A stretch of 64,000 nucleotides of DNA from Thermomicrobiales bacterium (GTDB lineage Bacteria > Chloroflexota > Chloroflexia > Thermomicrobiales > UBA6265). The notes under the pieces are model-generated. The model was given only the letters and a program-made list of their open reading frames with translations, was not told the origin of the DNA and made no database searches. The stretch lies in contig OZ244595.1 of the NCBI GenBank assembly GCA_965218235.1, positions 1,062,561 through 1,126,560 on the forward strand, in the 5' to 3' direction. How positions within the stretch are numbered: position 1 is the stretch's first letter; every line of letters begins with the position of its first letter. The translations under genes and the position numbers were made by a program. Shown here piece by piece: positions 56,264 through 64,000 of the stretch.

Positions 56264-56821
56264 ATGGACCTGGCGCTCGCTGTCCATCTGGTACACACAG
56301 TAGACCGACACTCGAATAAGTCTACCCTGGAGCCCTCGAGCCCTCAAGAGTTGATGCAGCTGGCCCAGCAGATCCGGACCAGTAATCCGCAACCCTTACC
56401 GATCGAGCCCGCTCGAGCCCCGACGAAGAGTCTCCGGCGACGGTTCTCTCCCCAAGAGATCGAAGATCTTGTAGCTCGATACAACGCTGGAGCGGCCATT
56501 CGGGCGTTGAGTTTAGAGTACGGTGTTTCGAGGAGTGGGCTTCGGCAGCTCCTCCAAGCTGAGGGTGTGACGTTGCGGGTACAAGGGATCATGCCGGAAG
56601 ATGCCGAAAAAGCGGTGCGACTTTACGAAACCGGGCTTACGATCAGGCAGGTCGTGGACCTGGTTGGCTACTCGTATGGCACGATCCGGTCAGCGCTCCA
56701 TGAGAACGGTGTCGCCATGCGAGCAGGCCGTGGCGGCATGGGCCACGCGCTGGAACACGGCCGACACCCGCACCAAGCTGCGCCGCCTCTACCCGACATA
56801 GGACGGTTGACAGACCACTAA
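56264..56821 (+). CDS. Tandem-HTH protein resembling the C-terminal half of small serine recombinases (no catalytic domain, likely relic)
   Basis: Two repeats: FSPQEIEDLVARYNAGAAIRALSLEYGVSRSGLRQLL and PEDAEKAVRLYETGLTIRQVVDLVGYSYGTIRSAL. No resolvase Ser-domain lies upstream. The start is uncertain. Confidence 0.4.
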   Translation: MDLALAVHLVHTVDRHSNKSTLEPSSPQELMQLAQQIRTSNPQPLPIEPARAPTKSLRRRFSPQEIEDLVARYNAGAAIRALSLEYGVSRSGLRQLLQAEGVTLRVQGIMPEDAEKAVRLYETGLTIRQVVDLVGYSYGTIRSALHENGVAMRAGRGGMGHALEHGRHPHQAAPPLPDIGRLTDH

Positions 56822-57943
56822 GTACATTCACAGAATTTCTGCGGGATGTGGCTGTACGCCAATGATCGAGCGCATCTGTTTGGGTACGTGATTGTACCGG
56901 TCAAAGAAGGCGGTTGCGGCGGCGATGAGCGCCTTGACGGTCGGGAAGAGTTCGCAGTGGGTGACTTCCCGCCGGAAGTGCCGCCAGAGCATCTCGATCG
57001 GATTGAGCCATGGGCTGTAGCTTGGAAGATAGAGCAGGACGAGACGGCCCGCCGCACCACGCACCACCGCCTCGATCTCATCGCCTTCGTGGGTGGAGGC
57101 GTTGTCCCATGCCACATAGATGGTTCCGGCGGGATGCTTCTCCACCAACGCCTCAAGGAGTTCGGCGATTTCGCGCCGTCGTTTATGCCGGCGGATGAGG
57201 ACGACGGTCTGGCCGGCATGGTAATCCACCGCCCCAATGCCGTACCGTTTCTGTGGCTGGCCAGGCGTTGAAATCATCACCTGCTGGCCTTTGGGACTCC
57301 ACATGGCCGTGAGCGTTGGTAGCCAACTCAGGTTGAACTCGTCGGCATAGTAGAAGTGATCATCGGGGGCGAGGTGGTCACGCATGGCTTCAATCGTCTT
57401 TTTTTGAGCGCGTACGCCGGGTCGGGGCTGGTGATCGTGTGCTGCGGCCGGCTCAGCACGATGCCGACGGCTTTCAGATGCAGGCGCACGGTCTCGTCGG
57501 CAACCCGGATCCCGGTTTGCTCCGCCAGGTAGTCGGCAAGTCGCTGCAAGGTCCACAGTGAGAACGGCAGATCCAGGCTCCGGGGCCGGCGCCGCACGGC
57601 GGCAAGCAACTGGTCGACATAGGCCGCGGTGACCTTGCTGGGCGCTCCGGGATGGGGCTGGTCGCGCAGCCCTTCGATCCCCTCACTCAGGTAGCGTTTG
57701 AGCCAGCGTCGCACCGTGTCCTCGCTCATGCGCACGATGCCGGCAATGGCCGCCGCCGTTAGGTGCTGCTCCCCGGCCAACAACACCATCTGGACCCGGG
57801 TCCGCAGGCGGACATCGCGGCAGGTTCGGTACACCTCGTCCAAGGCGTCAAGCTGCGTCGAGGTGAGTTCGGGAATGCGTACGGGCTGCATCGCCGCCTC
57901 CTTTTTCTCAGCATACACCCCGCAACTTCTCTTTGGTTGTACT
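56821..57943 (-). mobile_element. Complete IS630-family insertion sequence, about 1.12 kb
   Basis: Imperfect terminal IRs AGTACATTCACAGAATTTCTGCGG versus the reverse complement AGTACAACCAAAGAGAAGTTGCGG. Flanked by the TA dinucleotide typical of IS630/Tc1 (56819-20 and 57944-45). Confidence 0.85.
56828..57891 (-). CDS. IS630-family transposase encoded in two frames joined at an A7 run
   Basis: OrfA (HTH) reads MQPVRIPELTS...PDPAYALKK. OrfB (DDE) reads KKTIEAMRDH...YADEFNLSW...VAWDNASTH...YLPSYSPWLNPIEMLW. The frames differ by -1 at CTCAAAAAAAGAC (plus-strand T7 at 57399-57405). RBS AAGGAGG precedes the ATG at 57891. Confidence 0.8.
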
Positions 57944-58149
57944 TAGATCGTCTGCGAGAACGAAACGGCCCTGCGGCAGTCTACAGTGTCAACAGCAAGG
58001 ACTATCCTTCCATCCGTAGGCCTGCCGAGCTGATCTCGACTATTGACGATGGGGCTGGCGCCAGGACCACTTCGGGTTTCCAGGCGGCCGACCGATTACT
58101 TGGGTGTGAGGCGATCTCTACCTCATAGCCTGGGACATGCTAGGGCGGG

Positions 58150-58980
58150 ATGCATTCTGATGGACAGGCTCGACACGGGCGAGGAGTGAGACCGAAGAGC
58201 ATGACGGAGCAATCGGCTCGGCCACCGACCACCCCAAAGCGGCAACTCAAGCAGTACAAGCGCCGCCCCGACGTCGATCTCCAGATCGACGAAGCGCTCA
58301 CCCTCGATCCCGCCGACCTGCGTCGGCGCGTCAATATCGTCTCCCCGACCGAGGAGGGATATTTCAAGGCTGAAACGATCGTCTACTTGCTACGCGAAGC
58401 TCACGCTGTGGGCGATCAGGAGCGCGTGGGCTGGCTTTGGACCTCACTCGTCAGCCGCTCCAAGGGTTACGTCAGAGGGTGGCTGGGTGGCTTGTCTCGC
58501 GAGCTGCAGGGGGAAGCCGTCGACGCTGTCTGGGATCGACTCATCGGGAAACTGCTGGCGCCTGATCACAGCGGGGACTACTACGAGGTTTCCTACTGGG
58601 ACGCGCTGGAGAAGCGGTCCGTCGACGTCTTCCGGAGCTTCACGGCGAAGACGAGTGCTTATCAAGAGACAAGTGTATCCGCCGTCCAGCTCCGCGCCGC
58701 GGACGACGCGGCTGAGCTAGATCCGGTCGATTTGGACCGTTCCTGGCAGCCCGAGTTTGCCACCCTCAACCAGGATGGGAGTCAGAGGATTCTCGCCCTC
58801 ATCCCCGAGCAGTACCGAGAGGCCTTCTACCTCTACGCCGTCGAGGGCTGGCCACTCTCGAGCTCAGATCCCCACCGACCGTCACTTTGCAAGAAGTTCA
58901 ACAGAACACCGGAAACGATACGGACGTGGCTGAGGCGGGCCCGCGCCGCTGCCAAGGAAGGGCTTGGAGAGCAACCATGA
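58150..58980 (+). CDS. Sigma-70-family-like protein (divergent, ECF-sized)
   Basis: The C-terminal IPEQYREAFYLYAVEGWPL...SLCKKFNRTPETIRTWLRRARAAAKE looks like a region-4 HTH. A region-2-like helix AVDAVWDRLIGKLL is present. An alternative start lies at 58201 (MTEQSARPP). Confidence 0.5.
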   Translation: MHSDGQARHGRGVRPKSMTEQSARPPTTPKRQLKQYKRRPDVDLQIDEALTLDPADLRRRVNIVSPTEEGYFKAETIVYLLREAHAVGDQERVGWLWTSLVSRSKGYVRGWLGGLSRELQGEAVDAVWDRLIGKLLAPDHSGDYYEVSYWDALEKRSVDVFRSFTAKTSAYQETSVSAVQLRAADDAAELDPVDLDRSWQPEFATLNQDGSQRILALIPEQYREAFYLYAVEGWPLSSSDPHRPSLCKKFNRTPETIRTWLRRARAAAKEGLGEQP

Positions 58981-59624
58981 GCGAGCGACCGCAGGACGAG
59001 CGCCTGGAGCGCATCCTCAACGAATTCGTGACGGAGGTGCCGTCACCGCACGCCTCCCACGTTGGAGCCTGGATGGCTCGCTTCCCCGAGTACGGTGACG
59101 AGATCATGGCTTTCGCCGCAAGCTGGGCCATGATGAGGGTGTCGCCCCGCAGCCCTAACGTGATCACCGAAGAAGAGGTCGAGGCGCGGGGTCTGGCTGC
59201 ACTCGAACGGTTGCGTTCAGAGTCGGGTGCGTCGAACCATGGAGCGGCATCGGGTGGCATCACGTCGTTGATGCCACCCGGCTCCTCGCTCGACGACCTG
59301 GCCGAACATGCTGGCCTGAGTGTCCCTCTGTGGCGGCAGATCAGCCTGCGCCAGATCGCGAATGTGCCACCCGATGTGATCAAGGACATAGCGGCAGCTA
59401 TCCAGACGTCGTATCAGGCGGTGGCTGACTTCATTCGACAGGGACCACCCCTCGCCGCCCCTGGACATTACAGGGCGGCGGAACAACCCCGGGTAAGCGA
59501 ACCACTCGACTTCTTCGAGGAAGTCCGGCTTGACGACGACCTCACAGAGAGCCAGAAAGCCCGCCTCCTCGCGATGGGTTCGAACACCGCAGAGGATGGC
59601 CTCACCGGCGGACTGATCCGATGA
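58977..59624 (+). CDS. HTH-containing protein (ImmR/XRE- or anti-sigma-like partner), hypothetical
   Basis: ATGA overlap with the upstream stop. Central LDDLAEHAGLSVPLWRQISLRQIANV helix-turn-helix-like segment. 215 aa. Confidence 0.45.
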   Translation: MSERPQDERLERILNEFVTEVPSPHASHVGAWMARFPEYGDEIMAFAASWAMMRVSPRSPNVITEEEVEARGLAALERLRSESGASNHGAASGGITSLMPPGSSLDDLAEHAGLSVPLWRQISLRQIANVPPDVIKDIAAAIQTSYQAVADFIRQGPPLAAPGHYRAAEQPRVSEPLDFFEEVRLDDDLTESQKARLLAMGSNTAEDGLTGGLIR

Positions 59625-62600
59625 ATGACTGGAGTGCGGAGCGACGTGCCGCCAGGTCGCTCCGCACTCGAGCTGGGGCCGAACATCTCTCGCTCGCTTC
59701 CGACGTGATCGCGGCCATCGCGATATTGACCAAGGTGAAGTCGTCGAGCGTCCGCGAGGGGCGTTCCCTTCTGGACGGCGGTCAAGCCAAGCTTGATATC
59801 GACGCGAAGCGAATCTGGTACAGCGCCGCGATCGAGCCCTCGGTACTGCCATTCTTCCTCGCCCACGAGTACGCGCACCTCGAGCTCAATCATGGCGGGT
59901 GCCGAGGTAGAGCGGGCGACGTCGACGTCGAGGCCACCGGCACGGAGATGGACGCCGGCATCGAGCGGGTTCAGGGCTACAGCCCACAGGAGCGACGAGA
60001 ACGAGCGGCCAATATCTTCGCCCAAGAACTGTTGCTGCCGACCCCGCTCCTGCGTCGGTGGTTCCTGGACGACGGGCTGGGCGCTACCGCGATAGCGAAC
60101 CGCGTCAGGCTCGACGTGGGACTCGTTCGCCGCCAGCTGATGGCCGCGCTCCTCGACGTGACCAACGACGCCGCTGTCCAGGAGGATGGTAGCAACGAGG
60201 CCGACGACGAGGTCATGGGTGCGGGTAAGGTTGCGCCGACGACGGACACCGTCCCGGCCGCTCTGGACGACAGCCAGGCCGCCGCCGCGTACGTCGACCA
60301 GGGCCCCTTCCTGCTCGAGGCTGGCCCGGGAACCGGGAAGACCCGGACGCTGATCGCACGCATCCTCCACCTCCTCGCACGGGGCGCCCGGCCTGACCAG
60401 ATCGTGGTGCTGACCTTCAGCAACCGAGCGGCAGCGGAGATCCGGGATCGGGTGGCCCTGACCATGCCGGGAGCCGAGGCGGACCTATGGGTCGGCACGT
60501 TCCACGCCTTCGGCCTTGAGCTGCTTCGCCAGTATGGTCCCCGGATCGGTCTGCCCAAGCAGCTGGACATACTCGACCCGTTCCGGGCACTGCAGTTCCT
60601 GGAGGAGAACCTGCTGCAGCTCGGGTTGGCCCACTACCAGCAGCTCTCGCGCCCGTCACAGCCGCTGCGCGACATCGCGAAGGCCATCTCGCGGGCCAAG
60701 GACGAGCTCTGCGAACCCGATGACTATCGCGGGCACGCCGAGAAGATGTTGATCCGGGCCCAGGAGCGGCGGGATGACGAGGCCATCCTCGTGGCGGAGA
60801 AGGCGATCAAGGTCGCCCACGTCTACCGCTTCTATCAGGATCACCTGGAGCGCAGCGGACTGGTCGACTTCGGTGACCTGATCGTCCGGACGGTGAAGCT
60901 CCTACGGGACGACGCCGGGTTGCGGGACGAGGTTCGCGACCGGTACCGCTACGTCCTCGTCGACGAATACCAGGACGTCAACCACGCCTCCACCGAGCTG
61001 GTCCGGGAACTGGCGGGAGCAGGGGAGGGGCTATGGGTCGTCGGCGACCCACGTCAGGCCATCTACCGCTTCCGTGGTGCCGACCCGAGCAACGTCTCCC
61101 GGTTCACCGAGCACTTCCCGACGGCTAGTCGATCAGCTCTGCGCTTTCAACTACCGCTCTCGCCCTGTGATCATCGAGGCCGTGTCGGGCCTCGCCGGCG
61201 TCATGAAGGCCGCCGACGGGTCAGTGCCTGAGCCCTGGCAGTCGACGCGGGTCGACACGCGTGGTGAGATAGGCCTCGGTATCGCCGCCACGTTCGAGGA
61301 CGAGATGGCCGGCATCGTCGCGGCTATCCGGCAGTACCAGGCGGCCAAGGTGCCGTTCAGGGACCAGGCGGTCCTCTGCCGCACCCATACGATCCTCGGC
61401 CGCGTCGCCGGGGCGCTCAAGGCGGCCGGGATACCCACGCAGTACTTTGGCAACCTGTTCGAGCGGGAAGAGACGCGCGACATGCTGGCGCTCCTCTCGC
61501 TGGCGGCCGAGGCCGACGGCGTCAGCCTGATACGCGTGGCCACCTTGCCCGAATACGCCATCCCGGCCGCCGATGTCGCCCAGCTGCTCGACGCGGCCGG
61601 GGACCGCGCGATGGCCTTCCCGCAGGCACTCTCGCTCACGTCGACCCTGCAGGATCTCTCCGCTGAAGGTCGCGCTGGTTTGGAGCGTCTCGCGGACCAT
61701 CTGGGAGATGTCCCCTTCACGACCGGCCCCTGGGGGTTCCTGAGCCGCTACCTCCTAGAGGTGAGCCAGTACCTCGCGTCCCTGGCCCGTGACGCCAGTG
61801 TCGAGGGGGCCATCAGCCGGTCAGCCCTACTGGCCTTCCTCGACGTTGTTCATGGCTATGAGCGGGCCAACCGGACACCGGACCTGCCGGGCAGGGATGT
61901 GGCTCAGTTGAAGTCCGGCTTCCTCAAGCATGTGCGCGACCTGCAGGTCTACGGCGAGGAGCGACAGTACCGGCAGCCACCCGACCTGCCTGATGGCGTC
62001 GACGCGGTCCGCGTGATGACCATGCACGCCAGCAAGGGGCTGGAGTTTCCGGTCGTGTACCTGCCCTACCTTGGTGGGCAGTACATACCGCAACCCAGGC
62101 AGTCCGACGACTGCCCGCCGCCGGACGGGATGGTCGCCAACCCGGTGTCGGACAACGACACCGACGAGCTCAATGTGTTCTTCGTCGCCGTGTCGCGGGC
62201 GCAGGATGCGCTCTTGCTGTCCCGGGCCGAGCGGTATGGCGATGCGTCCAGCAACGCGTCAAAGTTCCTTGCACACGTCCAGCCCTGGTTGCCCCGGAAG
62301 GCAGACAGCTCGCCGTGGTGGCTTTCGCAGGCCGATCCTCCCATGCCAAGGTCGGGGACAGGAGCCAACCTCGGACGTGACCTGTTCGGTGACCGGGAGC
62401 TGGAGACCTACATCCGGTGCCCCCGACAGTATTACTACGATCGCGTATTACGTCTCGAGGGGCGGTTCGGCGGGACGGCATCGCTGCGGTTCCACCGGTC
62501 GATCCAGCGCACCCTGCGTTGGGTCGAGGGTGTCCACACTGGACCAGCCGGTCAGGCGCCGGCGAACGCCGAGGTCCTTGACCAGCTGGACGCGATCTGG

Positions 62601-63116
62601 GCGGAGACCGGCCCGGTCACGCACCCCTACGAGCCGCTCTACCGGACTGAGGCCAGGCGGATGGTACTGCTGGCCGCGGGCTGGCTGCACCAGCGCGCGG
62701 GGACCTTTGAGGAAGTCACGCTGGAGATCCCGGTCGGCGATGCCCAGGTCCGGTTCCGGCCACACCAGGTCGAGCGGATCGGCACCTCCGACGCGAGGAT
62801 CCGGCGGATTCGCACGGGTCGCGTGCCGCGGAAAGCTCCTGACGACGACCGCGATGCTCTCTACATGTTGGGGACCGGCCAGATCGGGGGCCGCGTGGAC
62901 GCCGAGGCGATGTACCTTGGCGGGGCTGAGGTAAAGATCGAGCCGATCAATCTCTCCCCGAAGAAACGTGCTACACGCATCGAGCACTACCGTGAGGCCA
63001 TCGAGGGCATCAGAGCTGGCGAGTTCCCGGCTAGGCCCAGCAGCCGGCAGTGCCCAGGCTGCCCGTTCCTCTTCATCTGCCCTGCGCCGGAGCCACCCAC
63101 ACTCCCGGCCGGCTGA
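59621..63116 (+). CDS. ImmA/IrrE-like Zn-peptidase + UvrD/PcrA-type SF1 helicase + Cas4/AddB-like 4-Cys PD-(D/E)XK nuclease fusion. The reading frame is broken once near 61.12-61.15 kb.
   Basis: Peptidase motifs FFLAHEYAHLELNHG (HExxH) and ERAANIFAQELLLP. Helicase motifs I AGPGTGKT, Ia VLTFSNRAAAEI, II LVDEYQDVN and III VVGDPRQAIYRFRGA are in the 59621..61231 frame. Motif IV NYRSRPVI, HASKGLEFPVVYL and FVAVSRAQDAL are in the 61074..63116 frame. The C-terminus has YIRCPRQYYY ... RQCPGCPFLFICP. ATGA overlap with the upstream gene. Confidence 0.75.
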
Positions 63117-63256
63117 CTACTTCCGGTTTTTCTGACGGCTCCCGATTACTCCAGTGTGAGGGGATGTCGCCGGCGCCGTGCCGGCGCCCCGCACCGGTCG
63201 GCTGTCTCGCTGACCGCTTATTGGACCGCCCTCACCAGGGCAAGGAGACCGTCACC

Positions 63257-63568
63257 ATGGTCAACCCGACCACCATTTTGCGGCCGATTAAGCCGCGCAA
63301 GGAGATCAAGGTCACCGTCCGCTACCCGGCCGCCGCCAAACCCTTCAAGGACAACAACGCCGCCATCGACGAGACTGTCGGTGAGCTCAAGGTCCGGGTG
63401 CTGCGCGCGTTCGGCCTCGACGCCGGTGGCGACGCCGTGAGCTATCAGCTGTTCCACGGGCGGGCCGCCCTGGATGAAACCCGCACCCTCGGGTCAATCG
63501 AGGCCAACGAGGGCGATGCTGACCGCGAGCTTCAGCTGAAGTTCGCGCAGCAGATCACGCAGGGCTGA
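63257..63568 (+). CDS. Small beta-grasp (ubiquitin-like) candidate ending in Gly-stop
   Basis: 103 aa. RBS AAGGAGA lies 8 nt upstream. Alternating beta-strand pattern EIKVTVRY...TVGELKVRVLRAFGL...SYQLFHG...LQLKF. The terminal residues are QQITQG followed directly by the stop. Adjacent to the E2-like ORF. Confidence 0.55.
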   Translation: MVNPTTILRPIKPRKEIKVTVRYPAAAKPFKDNNAAIDETVGELKVRVLRAFGLDAGGDAVSYQLFHGRAALDETRTLGSIEANEGDADRELQLKFAQQITQG

Positions 63569-63571
63569 TCG

Positions 63572-64000
63572 GTGGACCAGCAGCTAGCCGCGCTCAACCT
63601 TCAGCTGGACCTGGAGCAGATCCGCCAGGAGGTCCTCCCGGCGGAACTGGATCGCTGGGCGATTGCGTTGGTCGGTCCTGTCTGCCTCGACGTCAGCCTC
63701 TCGCCTGGTCGCGACCCCGTCGAGCGCTACCAGGCCCGACTGACTTGGCCGGACTACCCGGACCGGCCACCCTCGGTCCGCTTCGTCGAGCCCGCGACGG
63801 GCCGCCTCGACCTGAGCCGGGCCTGGCCCGATTTTCCCGGCGTCCGCCCGCCGCAGGATATCTCCGCCCCCTGGACCAGCGACGGTCACGCAGCCCACCC
63901 CGAGTGGCACGCTGATTCCCGCTACCGGTGGTCCAGCCACGGCAACCCGCTGCTCCGGATCCTCCGCACGCTCCAGGAACAACTGGACGACGAATACCTA
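63572..64000 (+). CDS. E2/UBC-fold-like protein, 5' partial (runs off the window), Ser at the expected active-site position
   Basis: A GTG lies 3 nt after the Ubl stop, in the same frame, open to the window end (143 codons). It is not in the ORF track because it has no stop. RWAIALVGP...ARLTWPDYPDRPPSVRFVEP...AWPDFPG...DISAPW parallels the E2 pattern W.a.I.GP...F...YP..PP.V.F...HPN...G.IC. Confidence 0.55.
   Translation, partial: MDQQLAALNLQLDLEQIRQEVLPAELDRWAIALVGPVCLDVSLSPGRDPVERYQARLTWPDYPDRPPSVRFVEPATGRLDLSRAWPDFPGVRPPQDISAPWTSDGHAAHPEWHADSRYRWSSHGNPLLRILRTLQEQLDDEYL

Noticed and set aside
56819-56821. Possibility that the IS630 insertion truncated the tandem-HTH ORF, whose TAA stop spans the TA/IS junction.
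   Set aside because: Reconstructing the empty site (…CAC TA|G ATC…) still gives an in-frame TAG at the same codon. The insertion therefore did not change the protein.
61074-61231. Programmed frameshift in the helicase gene.
   Set aside because: There is no slippery heptamer or homopolymer in the overlap, and no precedent that I know of for UvrD-type genes. It is treated as a mutation or assembly error.
63584-63982. 132-aa minus-strand ORF listed in the track at the window end.
   Set aside because: The plus-strand frame is open across the whole interval and starts 3 nt after the Ubl stop. It also carries the YP..PP.V.F E2-type signature. The minus-strand product is featureless.

Overview
High-GC bacterial chromosomal window. 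GC was judged by eye, not computed. The content has a Chloroflexota or Actinomycetota flavour: many Tat leaders, F420-type LLM and DDN enzymes, ScyD/ScyE-like propellers. I saw no rRNA, tRNA or CRISPR array. All calls come from reading the ORF translations and the DNA for motifs; no database search was possible.

Layout:
- (1) 0.8-21.5 kb: an exopolysaccharide / O-antigen-like locus. It holds a dual GT2, a Wzc-type BY-kinase, a CpsB phosphatase, a priming sugar transferase, a WcaI-like GT4, gmd-fcl and a WcaF-like acetyltransferase. A roughly 9-kb visibly lower-GC variable cassette sits inside it (10.6-19.7 kb) with methyltransferases, an acetyltransferase, a fused Wzx-Wzy protein, two GT4s and a pyruvyl transferase. 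A relic copy of the fcl 3' end lies at its left seam.
- (2) 21.6-32.4 kb: housekeeping and accessory genes. These are a VPS10/BNR protein, a PPC protein, an APC permease, an LLM oxidoreductase and a LuxR/NB-ARC regulator.
- (3) 32.4-40.2 kb: a minus-strand run of secreted proteins. It contains two serine hydrolases, a multicopper oxidase and two tandem propeller-cupredoxin paralogs, one of which has a mutated copper site.
- (4) 40.2-44.0 kb: a gene-decay tract with LysR, NmrA, cupin, DDN and GH13 relics.
- (5) 44-53 kb: mixed redox and detox genes.
- (6) 53.2-58 kb: complete IS5-family and IS630-family elements plus a recombinase relic.
- (7) 58-64 kb: the most unusual block. A sigma-like gene, an HTH gene and an ImmA-peptidase/UvrD-helicase/Cas4-like-nuclease fusion are translationally coupled. 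They are followed by a small Gly-terminated beta-grasp-like protein and an E2/UBC-like ORF that has Ser at the expected catalytic position. This ORF runs off the window end.

Two perfect microsatellites, (CCGGTT)8 and (GTCG)n, each sit upstream of one of the two LLM oxidoreductase paralogs.
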